Shown: positions 47,559 through 56,949, numbered from the stretch's first letter. The stretch is DNA of 64,000 nucleotides from Bacteroidales bacterium (GCA_017441565.1 JAFRXG010000033.1:9728-73727); one strand, 5' to 3'. Notes: a model not told the origin generated them from the sequence alone. Numbers and translations are program-made.

Positions 47559-48680
47559 TTACTTTCTGAAGAGGAGTGCCGCATTGCAGCCTCCAAAACC
47601 GGAGAGGAGTTTGACGAAGGAGGTGAGCGAGGTGGGCTGCGGGGTGGTGGTCACCTGTATGGGGTGCGACACACCCAGAGCCTGGAATCCGCGGGTGGGG
47701 AGGATGGTATGATGGTCGAGGGCACACATGGAAAGCAGAGTCTCCAATACCCCTGCGGCACCCATAGTGTGGCCATAGTAGCCTTTGAGACTGTTGACAG
47801 GTGTTTCGGAGAGTCCCGCACGGGTGATGGCGATGGATTCCATCTCGTCGTTATAGAGGGTGGCGGTGCCGTGGGCGTTGACGAAGGCAAGCTGCGCCGG
47901 GTCGGAGTCCTGCAGGACTGCCCGCAGGGCTTGGTAGGAGCCTTCGCCCGTACGCGAGGGTCCCGAGATGTGGTTGGCGTCGTTGCGGACTGCCCCACGC
48001 ACCAGCTGCCAGCCGTCGGCCTTGCCGGAAGAAACCCGCTGGAGTATAATAGTAGCGGCGGCTTCACCCAGGTTGAGACCTGTGCGCCCTTGGTCGTAGG
48101 GACGGCAGGGTGCGGGCGAAAGGGCTTTGAACGACTGGAATCCTGAGACGATGAAGGGCGACTGGATGTCGACCCCAATGACCACAGCATAGTCGCAATA
48201 GTGCTGCTGCAACAGCCGCATGGCCACTATCTGTGCGGTGAGTCCGGAGGTACAGGCATTGGACACCACCACTGGGGGCATGGGGTTGTGGAAATGGTCG
48301 GCTATGACTTGTGCGGCTACAGGCAGCAGCACCCTGTCGGCCTCATAGGAGGAGGGCTGCTCGCCAAGAAGGTGCACGTTGCCCTTGGTAGTGGAGATGA
48401 CGAACTGCACACGAGGGGAGGATGGGTCGAGCCCGCAGCCATCGAGTGCCAAAGAGGCAGAGCAGATGGCCAGCTCTTCAAAGAGGGTGTGACCGTCATG
48501 GGTCGGGTACTGCTGACGGGGGATAAGCGAGAGGACACAAGGTTCTGGCAAACCCCAGAGGCCTTCGTACAGACGAAGTGCCGACCGGCCGGAGAGGATA
48601 GCTTGATAGTTCTCGGCGGTGGTGGAGCCCAAGGGGGAGATGATGTTGTCAGCTATTTTGATAACCACTTCTGCTTCCAT
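47559..48680 (-). CDS. beta-ketoacyl-ACP synthase (KAS I/II type)
   Basis: VVSNACTSGL, NAHGTATLYND and GHTMGAAG. Confidence 0.85.
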   Translation of the reverse strand: MEAEVVIKIADNIISPLGSTTAENYQAILSGRSALRLYEGLWGLPEPCVLSLIPRQQYPTHDGHTLFEELAICSASLALDGCGLDPSSPRVQFVISTTKGNVHLLGEQPSSYEADRVLLPVAAQVIADHFHNPMPPVVVSNACTSGLTAQIVAMRLLQQHYCDYAVVIGVDIQSPFIVSGFQSFKALSPAPCRPYDQGRTGLNLGEAAATIILQRVSSGKADGWQLVRGAVRNDANHISGPSRTGEGSYQALRAVLQDSDPAQLAFVNAHGTATLYNDEMESIAITRAGLSETPVNSLKGYYGHTMGAAGVLETLLSMCALDHHTILPTRGFQALGVSHPIQVTTTPQPTSLTSFVKLLSGFGGCNAALLFRK

Positions 48681-49063
48681 TGTTCGTAAAAGGGGGGATT
48701 GGACCAGACTAGCTGGTAGTTGGTGTCGAGAAAGACCTGCACGGTGCGGCCGGTGGCCAGCACTTGGTTGTCGTCGGTATTGAAGATGGTGTAATTAAAG
48801 ATGATTTTGGCTGCGTCGGTAGGCTGGTAGGCGATGGTGATAGCGGGCGTCATGCCATAGATGATGGGGCGACGGTAGTGTATCTCAACGTCGACCAAAG
48901 GTGCATAGTAGCCGGCATCGCGGATGGTGAGGTAGTCGAGCCCATAAGCACGGCCAAAGCCTTCGCGTGCGTCTTCGAAATAGAGCAGGTGATTGCCATG
49001 CCATACCAGATGCATGGAGTCGACTTCGCTAAAACGTACGGTAAGGGGCTGTGTATGGGTCAT
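48653..49063 (-). CDS. 4HBT/YbgC-type acyl thioesterase (hotdog)
   Basis: VRFSEVDSMHLVWHGNHLLYFEDAR. Confidence 0.8.
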   Translation of the reverse strand: MTHTQPLTVRFSEVDSMHLVWHGNHLLYFEDAREGFGRAYGLDYLTIRDAGYYAPLVDVEIHYRRPIIYGMTPAITIAYQPTDAAKIIFNYTIFNTDDNQVLATGRTVQVFLDTNYQLVWSNPPFYEQWKQKWLSK

Positions 49064-49100
49064 GTGGTAGGGCTTGATTAATTAACACTTAATATCTGTT

Positions 49101-49517
49101 TTAAACGATGGCTATTTTCATCTGGGCTGAGGCCACGAGGGTGTCGTCCACATGCACTTCGGCATCTACGAGGGTCATTTGGAACACTTCTTGCAGCAGG
49201 GTGATGCGGGTGGTAAGGGTGGATCCGACAGGTGGGAGGTGGAGGAAGCGCATGTTGCGGATGGCCCCGATGACTCCCAGCCGGACTGCCTCGCCCGCCA
49301 GATAATTGATATACCCCATCCTGGCGGCACAGGTTTGTGCTATGTTTTCGGCGATGCCCGGCGGGGTGAGGCACCCCTGCTCAACGAAGAGGCCTTCGGA
49401 GGATACGGTGAAGCTGGTGACGGTGTGAACCGGGTCGTAATGCAGCAGACGGTCAACCATCACAAAGGGTGGCCGCTGGGGGATTAGTGTGAGGATGTCT
49501 ATGTCGGTCGGCTGCAT
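49101..49517 (-). CDS. FabZ-like/ApeI-like hotdog dehydratase
   Basis: LIPQRPPFVMVDRLL. Confidence 0.75.
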   Translation of the reverse strand: MQPTDIDILTLIPQRPPFVMVDRLLHYDPVHTVTSFTVSSEGLFVEQGCLTPPGIAENIAQTCAARMGYINYLAGEAVRLGVIGAIRNMRFLHLPPVGSTLTTRITLLQEVFQMTLVDAEVHVDDTLVASAQMKIAIV

Positions 49518-49520
49518 GGG

Positions 49521-50381
49521 TCAGTGTGTGTCGGTTGTCCAGAAGTCAAAGAAGTTGAACCATTGGGTAGGGTATTGCCGAACCACCTGCTCGAGCTGTT
49601 CCGCATACTGGGCGGGACTGTCAACAGGTCGCACGATGATGTGGTAGTGGCGAAGCCGGGTCTTGACGGCGAAGATGGCCAGGAGGGGTACCGACTTGGC
49701 CCGCGCCAAGGCATAAGCCCCGACGGGGAAGGGTGCGGGGGCACCTAGGAAGGGGCAGAGGGTCGTTTTGCGCGAGCCGAAGAGACGGTCGGCCGGGAGG
49801 CTGACGATTTCGTGGCGGTCGAGGGCGGCATTGAGGGCAAAGATGTGGCTCATGTCGGGCGAGACCTGGATGGTGCTGATGTTGTGGCCGCTGAGGACGC
49901 GGTTGCGCTGTTCCGACACAGTGGATGTCTCACCGCCAAAGACCAGCGCGTTGAACGGTTTGTCGTGGGAGGTGAGGGTGTAGCCTGCCACCTCGTAGCA
50001 CCCCACATGGGAGCTGAGGATGACGAAGCCGCTCTCGGCATGGGCAAGGCGGTCGAAATGGTCCATGCCGTCGACGTCGACGCTGAACTGCTTGCCGGCA
50101 AAGACGGCGAAGCGGTCGAGGACAACTTGTCCGAAGCGGAAGTGGTTGCAATAGGTGAGGATGAAGGAGCGGACGAGGGAATGCCCCAGCCGTTGGTGGA
50201 AGAGCTGGTAGATGGCGCGGTAGCCTTCGCGGTTGAAGAGCATGTAGAAGGGTACCACCCATGCCATGACGGCATAGAGGACCCACAGGGGCAAGACCCT
50301 GTAGAGGCTGATGAGGGACCGCTGCATCCATGGGGTTCCGTCGGTGCGACCCGACCACTGGGTATGTGTCAGATAGGGCAA
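49521..50381 (-). CDS. LpxL/HtrB-like lysophospholipid/lipid-A-type acyltransferase
   Basis: 286 aa with an N-terminal membrane anchor, and a size and position typical of the APE-cluster LPLAT. Confidence 0.65.
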   Translation of the reverse strand: MPYLTHTQWSGRTDGTPWMQRSLISLYRVLPLWVLYAVMAWVVPFYMLFNREGYRAIYQLFHQRLGHSLVRSFILTYCNHFRFGQVVLDRFAVFAGKQFSVDVDGMDHFDRLAHAESGFVILSSHVGCYEVAGYTLTSHDKPFNALVFGGETSTVSEQRNRVLSGHNISTIQVSPDMSHIFALNAALDRHEIVSLPADRLFGSRKTTLCPFLGAPAPFPVGAYALARAKSVPLLAIFAVKTRLRHYHIIVRPVDSPAQYAEQLEQVVRQYPTQWFNFFDFWTTDTH

Positions 50382-50392
50382 GGAGGACTGCG

Positions 50393-50638
50393 TTATTTGG
50401 TGGTTTTTGACTCGATATAGTCGCAGAATTGGCTGAAGAGCTTCACGTTGGTGAGTTCCTCGGGCTTGATTTTAAAGCCGAACTTGCGCTCGACGATGAC
50501 TACGATGTCGACGAAGTCGAGACTGTCAATACCGATGTCTTCTTTGAGGCGGGCTTCGGGGGTGATTTTTTGAGGGTCTATTTCTAAATCTTCTACTAGG
50601 AAGTCGATAATCTGTTGTTCTAGTTCTTGACGGGTCAT
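50393..50638 (-). CDS. acyl carrier protein
   Basis: Start taken at MTRQELEQQ (ATG at 50636-50638), with IGIDSLDFVD. The longer ORF to 50737 runs through the repeat element. Confidence 0.85.
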   Translation of the reverse strand: MTRQELEQQIIDFLVEDLEIDPQKITPEARLKEDIGIDSLDFVDIVVIVERKFGFKIKPEELTNVKLFSQFCDYIESKTTK

Positions 50639-50758
50639 ATTGATTGTGTTAATGCTTGAATGCTTGAATATGTTAATGCTTGAATGTGTTAATGCTTGAG
50701 TGGCTGGCGCGGTCATATTACTCAGACAATCAAGCAATCAGACAACCAGGCATTTTTC
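50639..50758. repeat. intergenic repeat related to copies A and B (partly inverted), with 3x tgttaatgcttga
   Basis: 50686-50702 gtgttaatgcttgagtg is the exact reverse complement of 32714-32730. 50726-50740 acaatcaagcaatca is an exact direct match to 32729-32743. Confidence 0.65.
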
Positions 50759-51859
50759 TTACTTCTTACTTCTTACCTCCATGATGCAGTGGCCGTGGCC
50801 GAGGTTGTCGACGATGCGTTCTACTCTGAGGCCGGCGGCAGCGATGAGGCGTTCCATGTCGGGGGTGTTGTACATGCGGCTGTTGCCGTTGGCGATGGCG
50901 GTGAAGTAGAGGCTTGTCATGGTGAGGCACAGGGAGGCGACGGGGAACCGCTGGCGGTCCCAAAGGGTCTCCATGATGAGCAGCCGGCTGTGGCTGTCCA
51001 TGACGGCGGCGGCACGAGAGAGGATGCTCACTATCTGCTCTTCGCCGAAACAGTCGAGAAACTGGCTCATCCAGATGACATCAAAGTGGCAGTGGGTGGG
51101 AAAGGGCGAAGCGGGGTCGAGAAGGTTCATGGGATGCCCCTGGATGCGGTCGGCACCGGGATGGCCGGAGACGTTCTGCCGCATGAGCTGCAACTGCTGG
51201 GGGAGGTCGATGATGGTGACCTGCACCTGCGGGTCGTGCGCCACGCACTGCAGGGCCCATCGGCCAGTGTTGCCGCCTACGTCGAGGAGAGTGGCGACGG
51301 GCTCTCGGAAGACCACCTCCAAGGCCTGGGGGAAGGAGTGGTCGGAATAGAAGTGGTCGAAGCCGAACCAGCTGCGCTGCACCTGCGGCGGGAGGCTGGA
51401 GAGGGCCTCGTAGACCGTGGGCCAGGGACCGAAATGCTCAAGCCCGACGGGACGGCCTTCGTCAAGTGACTCTTCCAAACGAAACCAGCCTTCGTAGTTG
51501 ACGTCGTGGTTGAAGTCCATATTGACTTTGACCAGAGGGTCGGCGAGCAGCATCCAGCCGGTCTTGGCGAGCAGGTAGTGCTGCTGGTCGGCGGCCAGGA
51601 TGACGGTGCCGATGGTGAGGGAGGCTTCGAGCAACACCTGTATGGCGTAGCGGCTCTTGCCGGTACGCTCGACGAGCTGCTCGAGGGTGAGGCCTCCGTC
51701 GCTGTCGCGCAGCATGTCCAGAATGCCCCATTTGACCATGATGCGCGAGGCCTGGAAGATGACCGGGCCGAAGGCTATCCACTCAGCCATCTGCTGAGCT
51801 TCACGGGCGGAGAGGGGGTCGTTTAAATATGCCTTTTCTAATGCTGGTGAGAGGTTCAT
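50759..51859 (-). CDS. class I SAM-dependent O-methyltransferase (COMT-like with N-terminal winged-helix dimerisation domain)
   Basis: LLDVGGNTGRWA (motif I) and VIWMSQFLDCF. Confidence 0.8.
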   Translation of the reverse strand: MNLSPALEKAYLNDPLSAREAQQMAEWIAFGPVIFQASRIMVKWGILDMLRDSDGGLTLEQLVERTGKSRYAIQVLLEASLTIGTVILAADQQHYLLAKTGWMLLADPLVKVNMDFNHDVNYEGWFRLEESLDEGRPVGLEHFGPWPTVYEALSSLPPQVQRSWFGFDHFYSDHSFPQALEVVFREPVATLLDVGGNTGRWALQCVAHDPQVQVTIIDLPQQLQLMRQNVSGHPGADRIQGHPMNLLDPASPFPTHCHFDVIWMSQFLDCFGEEQIVSILSRAAAVMDSHSRLLIMETLWDRQRFPVASLCLTMTSLYFTAIANGNSRMYNTPDMERLIAAAGLRVERIVDNLGHGHCIMEVRSKK

Positions 51860-51885
51860 ATATGAATGCTGATTGTGTTGTTGCG

Positions 51886-53109
51886 TTATCTACGTATCAC
51901 CAGTGCGCTGTTGGTGCCGCCGAAGCCGAAGGAGTTGGAGAGGATGGTGCGGAGGGGCATTTCCACAGTGCGAGGGGTGATGTTGAGCTTGGCGCTTTGT
52001 TCGTCGGGATTCTCGAAGTTGATGTTGGGGGCGACGAAGTCGTTCTGCATCATCAGGAGGCAGTAGACTATCTCGCTGGCCCCTGCCATCCAGCACTCGT
52101 GCCCGGTCATGGACTTGGTGGAGCTGATGAGCGCGCGCCGGCCGTGGAAGAGGTGTGCGAGGGCGATGGCCTCGTTCTTGTCGCCTTGGGGGGTGGAGGT
52201 GGCATGGGCGTTGACATAGTCGATGTCGTCGGGTGTGACGCCGGCATCGCACATGGCACGCTCCATGGCTATGACGGAGCCGGTGTCGCTGGCTTGCGAG
52301 ATGCCGCCGCCGTTGGAGGAGAAGCCGTAGCCGGCGACCTCGCCCAGTATGTGGGCACCGCGGGCTTTGGCATGTTCATATTCTTCCAGCACCAATGCGG
52401 CAGCACCGCCCGAAGGCACCAGGCCGTCGCGGTCGCGGTCGAAGGGGCGCGAGGCACGCGTGGGGTCGTCCATCCGCTTGGAGAAAGCCGAGAGGGCATC
52501 GAACGAGGCCATGCTGTAGTAGTTGGTCTCCTGCGCTCCGCCGCAAAGCACCATGTCCTGCAGCCCCTGCTGGATGAACATATAGCCCAGTCCGATGGAA
52601 TGGGAGCCGCTGGCACAGGCGGCGCTCACGGTGAAGTTGATGCCACGGAGGTGGAATATGGTGCTGAGGTTCATGTTGACCGTGGAGTTCATCGACTGGA
52701 ATATCCAGCCCGACCCCAGGAGCATGGAGTCTTTCTTCTCAGCCATGAGGTTGGCCGACTCGACCACCGCCTTAGCGGAGGAGTCGTTGCCGAAAAGCAC
52801 GCCCACCTCGTTGTCGAGCAGGTATTGCTCGTCGACTCCCGCCTGAGCGAAAGCCTCACGGCTGGCCATGAAGGCGTATTCGGCCTCTTCGGACATGCCG
52901 ACACGGAGCCGACGGTCGAGCACACCCTTCAACACGGGGTGCGGCACAATGCCTGTGAGCGACGACTGATAGCCGTAGCCGATGCGCTCGGGCTCGACAC
53001 CGATGCCCGAACGTCCTTGATATAACGACTGCCGCACCTCGTCGCACGAGGTGCCGAGGCACGACCATATTCCTATTCCGGTGATGACGACCCTACGCTT
53101 CATACCCAT
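51886..53109 (-). CDS. beta-ketoacyl-ACP synthase (FabB/FabF-like)
   Basis: VVITGIGI, VSAACASGSHS, NAHATSTPQGD and GHECWMAGA. Confidence 0.85.
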   Translation of the reverse strand: MGMKRRVVITGIGIWSCLGTSCDEVRQSLYQGRSGIGVEPERIGYGYQSSLTGIVPHPVLKGVLDRRLRVGMSEEAEYAFMASREAFAQAGVDEQYLLDNEVGVLFGNDSSAKAVVESANLMAEKKDSMLLGSGWIFQSMNSTVNMNLSTIFHLRGINFTVSAACASGSHSIGLGYMFIQQGLQDMVLCGGAQETNYYSMASFDALSAFSKRMDDPTRASRPFDRDRDGLVPSGGAAALVLEEYEHAKARGAHILGEVAGYGFSSNGGGISQASDTGSVIAMERAMCDAGVTPDDIDYVNAHATSTPQGDKNEAIALAHLFHGRRALISSTKSMTGHECWMAGASEIVYCLLMMQNDFVAPNINFENPDEQSAKLNITPRTVEMPLRTILSNSFGFGGTNSALVIRR

Positions 53110-53121
53110 GATGATTTAGTG

Positions 53122-53664
53122 TTACCACTCAATGCCCACGCGCAGGCCGATGCCCGAAGGATTGAACACCTTGGTGTTGTAAACAACTGAGCCCACCATG
53201 TCGTCCCAGTAGCTGTCCTGATATTTCATCCCTTCATAGAAGGTGCCGGTGAGCATGATGTTCACGGCGAAGTCGCGCTTGGAGCCGAAACGGACACCCA
53301 CAGCCAAATCGGCATAGGTGCCGGGGTCGTCGGAGAGGTAGGAACCCAGACGCACCTGGATGGTGGGGGTGACGGTCTTGGAATAGCCGAAGTTGTATTT
53401 CACCGCCGTGTAGACGGGCACTGCAAAGAAGTTGTCGCCACCCTCGATGCCAAAGCCGATACCGACGAAGGTGTGACCGCTGAAATAGAAGCCATGGGTG
53501 GTGGAGACACCGATGGTGGTGTTGGCATCGTCGGCCAGACGGTAGATGGAGCCTTGCTCCAGAAATCCTTGATAGCCCGTGGGGACTTTGACGGTTGTTT
53601 CCTCTTGTGCAATCATAGCAAACGACATCAGGAGCGCTGCTACGAGAAAGAATGTCTTTTTCAT
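53122..53664 (-). CDS. small outer-membrane beta-barrel protein
   Basis: Signal peptide, alternating-hydrophobic strands and a C-terminal ...GLRVGIEW. Confidence 0.6.
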   Translation of the reverse strand: MKKTFFLVAALLMSFAMIAQEETTVKVPTGYQGFLEQGSIYRLADDANTTIGVSTTHGFYFSGHTFVGIGFGIEGGDNFFAVPVYTAVKYNFGYSKTVTPTIQVRLGSYLSDDPGTYADLAVGVRFGSKRDFAVNIMLTGTFYEGMKYQDSYWDDMVGSVVYNTKVFNPSGIGLRVGIEW

Positions 53665-53721
53665 GATATTTGAACGATTTAGATGTTAATAATCAAAGGT
53701 TAGAAGTTAATGCTTTGCAAT

Positions 53722-54444
53722 TTAGTAAAGCCCACCGTTGACGGAGATGACCTGTCCGGTGATGTACGATGCTTCGGGGGAGACGAGGAAGGCGACGGCG
53801 GCAGCCACCTCGTCGGGGCTGCCGAAACGGCCCATGGGCACCATCTTCTTAAGCTCATCCTCGGGCAGCTGGCTCGTCATGTCGGTGGCTATGAATCCGG
53901 GGGCCACCGCGTTGACGGTCACCTTGCGGGGGGCCACCTCCTGTGCCAGTGCCTTGGTGGCACCTATGAGGGCGGCCTTGGCTGCCGAATAGTTGGCCTG
54001 GCCGGGAAGCCCTTTCAGTCCCGAAAGGGAAGAGATGTTGACGATGCGGCCCTGGCGGTGGGTGAGCATGTCCTTGACCAGTCGGCGGGTGATGTAGAAG
54101 AAACTGTTGAGGTTGGTGTCGAGCACATGGCTCCACTGCTCGTCCTGCATGAACACCAACAGGTTGTCCATGCGGATGCCGGCATTGTTGACCAACACGG
54201 CGATATAGTCGTCGGGGTGTTTCTCATGCCAGCTGTCCAAAGCAGACTCCACCGCGGCCTTGTCGCCCACGTCGAAGGGCAGCAGCTCCCCCACCCCGCC
54301 GTTGGCGGCGATGTCGGCAAGGGTCTGCTGGGCGGCCTGATGGTTGGACTGGTAGTTGATTATCACATGATAGCCCTCTTTGGCGAGCCGCAGCGCGATG
54401 CTGCGGCCAATGCCTCTGGAGCCTCCTGTTACCAATGCGTACAT
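53722..54444 (-). CDS. 3-oxoacyl-ACP reductase (FabG-like ketoreductase)
   Basis: [14 protein letters not shown] and YSAAKAA. Confidence 0.9.
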   Translation of the reverse strand: MYALVTGGSRGIGRSIALRLAKEGYHVIINYQSNHQAAQQTLADIAANGGVGELLPFDVGDKAAVESALDSWHEKHPDDYIAVLVNNAGIRMDNLLVFMQDEQWSHVLDTNLNSFFYITRRLVKDMLTHRQGRIVNISSLSGLKGLPGQANYSAAKAALIGATKALAQEVAPRKVTVNAVAPGFIATDMTSQLPEDELKKMVPMGRFGSPDEVAAAVAFLVSPEASYITGQVISVNGGLY

Positions 54445-54482
54445 GTCTATTACTTACGTATTTAAAATGAATACACTACTAC

Positions 54483-56009
54483 TTAGTTCTTACCACCCCT
54501 GAGCATCGTTTCGACAAGGGCGATGCGGTCGTAGAAGGGGGCGTCCTCCACAAAGAGTGGCACCAGGGCGCGCACGCTGTCGTACTGGCGACGGGTGGCA
54601 GGGCTCAGCCTGTCGGCTATCTTGAGGCAGTCGGTGGCCTGCGCCAGGGCGATATACTGCACCGCCATCACCTGGAAGCAATTGTCCACCACCTGTTTGC
54701 ACAAGAGGGCGCTGTTGGTGCCCATGCTGACGATGTCCTGGTTGTCGTTGTTGTTGGGTATGCTGTGCACATAGTTGGGCATGGCCAGTGTCTGACACTC
54801 GGCGGTGGTGGAGGTGGCGGTGAACTGACAGGCCTGCATGCCGTAGTTCAACCCCAGCACGCCCATATTCAGGAATGGGGGCAGGATGCCGTTGATGCGG
54901 TCGTGGAAGAGGTAGTTGAGCTGACGCTCCGAGGTCATGGCCAGACGCACCAACGCAATCTTCACCTTGTCTTCTTCGAGTGAGATATAGTCGCCGTGGA
55001 AGTTGCCACCGTGGTAGACATTGCGCGTGACGGGGTCGACGATAGGATTGTCGCAGGCCGAGTTGAGCTCTTCCTCCAACACCCGGCGGGTATTCTGGAG
55101 CGTTTCGTAGATGGGACCGAGTATCTGGGGGGTGCAGCGCAGGGAGTAGTAGGCCTGCACCTTGTGTTTGAACACCTTCTCGTCGTTGTGGCGGCTGTCG
55201 TAGAGGGCATGCTCGCGCTTGAGGAGGCACTGGCTGCCCATTGCGATGTCGCGCATGCGCTGAGCCATCACCTGCTGTCCTTCATGGCGACGGCACTCGT
55301 TCAGCGGCTCGGACATCCAATCGTCATACGACGAGGCTATCTCGTTCATCCACACTGCCGCCAGCGTGGCCCAGTCGAGCAGCCGCTCGGCATAGTGCTG
55401 GTTGACGACGGCAATGCCGGTCATCACCGACGTGCCGTTGGTGATGGAGAGGCCTTCGCGGATGTAGACCTTCAGGGGCTTCAAGCCGCACTCCTTCATC
55501 ACCTCGGCGGTGGGACGCCACTGGCCCTGGTAGTGCACCTTGCCCTCACCGATGAGGGTCAGGGCGATATGCGCCAGCTGCACCAAATCGCCGCTGGCAC
55601 CCACGCTGCCATGTTGGGGTATAAAGGGGTAGATGCCACGGTTGATAAACTCGACGAGCAGATTCACCACATCCACATGGATGCCCGAACGGCATTGCAG
55701 CACCGTGCCCACACGCGCCAGCATGGCGGCCTTCACATATATGTCCTCCAAGGGAGCTCCGGCCCCGGTGGCATGGCTACGGATGATGTTATACTGGAGC
55801 GCGACTAAATCCTCGTCCTCCACCTTCCACTGCGCCATAGGGCCAAATCCAGTATTGATGCCGTAAATCACCTTGTCGGCCGAGAATTCTTCCAAAAAAT
55901 GATAACACCGCTCCACCTCCGCCAACACCTGCTGTGGAACTGAAAACGGCTGATTATCAAACAATATTCTATCTAATGTGTCAACTGTCAATGTATACAT
56001 ACTCGGCAA
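54483..56009 (-). CDS. aromatic amino acid ammonia-lyase (HAL/TAL/PAL family, MIO prosthetic group)
   Basis: 508 aa with GINTGFG and GSVGASGDLVQLAH (the Ala-Ser-Gly MIO triad). It is the first gene of the minus-strand locus. Confidence 0.85.
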   Translation of the reverse strand: MPSMYTLTVDTLDRILFDNQPFSVPQQVLAEVERCYHFLEEFSADKVIYGINTGFGPMAQWKVEDEDLVALQYNIIRSHATGAGAPLEDIYVKAAMLARVGTVLQCRSGIHVDVVNLLVEFINRGIYPFIPQHGSVGASGDLVQLAHIALTLIGEGKVHYQGQWRPTAEVMKECGLKPLKVYIREGLSITNGTSVMTGIAVVNQHYAERLLDWATLAAVWMNEIASSYDDWMSEPLNECRRHEGQQVMAQRMRDIAMGSQCLLKREHALYDSRHNDEKVFKHKVQAYYSLRCTPQILGPIYETLQNTRRVLEEELNSACDNPIVDPVTRNVYHGGNFHGDYISLEEDKVKIALVRLAMTSERQLNYLFHDRINGILPPFLNMGVLGLNYGMQACQFTATSTTAECQTLAMPNYVHSIPNNNDNQDIVSMGTNSALLCKQVVDNCFQVMAVQYIALAQATDCLKIADRLSPATRRQYDSVRALVPLFVEDAPFYDRIALVETMLRGGKN

Positions 56010-56020
56010 AATATATTTTG

Positions 56021-56028
56021 CAAAGATA
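56021..56028 (-). promoter_or_regulatory. candidate -7 box (TATCTTTG on the minus strand) at the head of the pigment locus
   Basis: The plus strand reads caaagata, 12 nt upstream of the start at 56009, which implies a very short leader. Confidence 0.4.
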
Positions 56029-56103
56029 CATATTTTTTTCTATATAATAAAAAAAAGTGCCGCCAATGGCGACACTCTTCATACATACAAATAACTACTA
56101 TTC

Positions 56104-56565
56104 TTAGTTGAGTTTGTAACGGATGCCCAGAGCACCGCCCCAGCCGAAACCACGGTAGCCGCAGTTATCGGGGAGCAGGAACTCGAACTGAGGACGCACG
56201 TCGGCGGTCAGCTGGAAGGGGAAGTTGTGGAAGTTGAACTCGATACCGAACTGTCCGACAACAGCGAGACCCAGACCGTGGTTGCCGCAGTAGCCAACAT
56301 TGACACCGGGGCCGGCATACCAGCCAAACCAATCGTCAACGAAGTTGCCTTTCCACTGATAGATACCGCAGAGGTTGAAATAGTTGTCGGTCGAGCGGCT
56401 GACACCCAAATCAAGTTCCAGACGGTTCGAGCCTAAGCCCTTCTGGAAGGAGACCTCGGCACCAAGGGCGGTACCACCACCAAAACGGAGACCAATAGCA
56501 TCCTGTGCATTAGCTGCAAAACCAAGGGCAAAAACTGCCACTAAAACTACGAAAACTTTCTTCAT
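56104..56565 (-). CDS. small outer-membrane beta-barrel protein
   Basis: 153 aa with signal peptide ...GFAANAQ, Gly/aromatic-rich strands and a terminal ...GIRYKLN. Confidence 0.6.
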   Translation of the reverse strand: MKKVFVVLVAVFALGFAANAQDAIGLRFGGGTALGAEVSFQKGLGSNRLELDLGVSRSTDNYFNLCGIYQWKGNFVDDWFGWYAGPGVNVGYCGNHGLGLAVVGQFGIEFNFHNFPFQLTADVRPQFEFLLPDNCGYRGFGWGGALGIRYKLN

Positions 56566-56629
56566 AATGTTGTAATTTTTAAGTTATTATTAAGGATTAC
56601 CAATTTGCATTAACAAGCCGTTTGAAATG

Positions 56630-56637
56630 CAAAGATA
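56630..56637 (-). promoter_or_regulatory. candidate -7 box (TATCTTTG on the minus strand)
   Basis: The plus strand reads caaagata, about 65 nt upstream of 56565. Confidence 0.4.
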
Positions 56638-56845
56638 CTACTTTTTTTTAAATCCGTAACAAAAAACGTGTGTTAAAAACAAATCCACAGCGAACCACCG
56701 ACAACAGCAGAACGGACAGACAAGGACACCTTGAGACGGAAGACGAAGCACCTTCGCCCCAACTAAGATCCTTCTAGGATTATTCTAAGTTACATTTAGG
56801 ATTCCGCATCCTAGAACGAACCCATAACGGCCTGACAACAAACTG

Positions 56846-56865
56846 AAAAAGGGCGTTGCCGCCCC
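56846..56865 (-). terminator. rho-independent terminator (minus strand)
   Basis: The minus strand reads ggggcggcaacgccc followed by ttttt, downstream of the gene ending at 56950. Confidence 0.5.
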
Positions 56866-56949
56866 TTGAAAAGAGTAAAGGCAGTTGGGGCGCTGCCCCA
56901 AAGTCGGCACCACTTGAGTCTAAGACATCAAGAATGCCGAACGCCCTTG

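Noticed and set aside
50639-50737. 33-codon N-terminal extension of the ACP ORF (MLDCLSNMTAPATQALTHSSINIFKHSSINTIN).
   Set aside because: It is a translation of the repeat element. ACPs of this type are about 80 aa, and the internal ATG at 50638 gives a standard ACP.
47559-53109. Whether one of the stand-alone KS genes is the DarB (KAS-III-like) dialkylresorcinol condensing enzyme of flexirubin clusters.
   Set aside because: Both show Cys-His-His KAS I/II signatures (ACTSG/HGTAT/GHTMG and ACASG/HATST/GHECW) rather than the Cys-His-Asn KAS III pattern.
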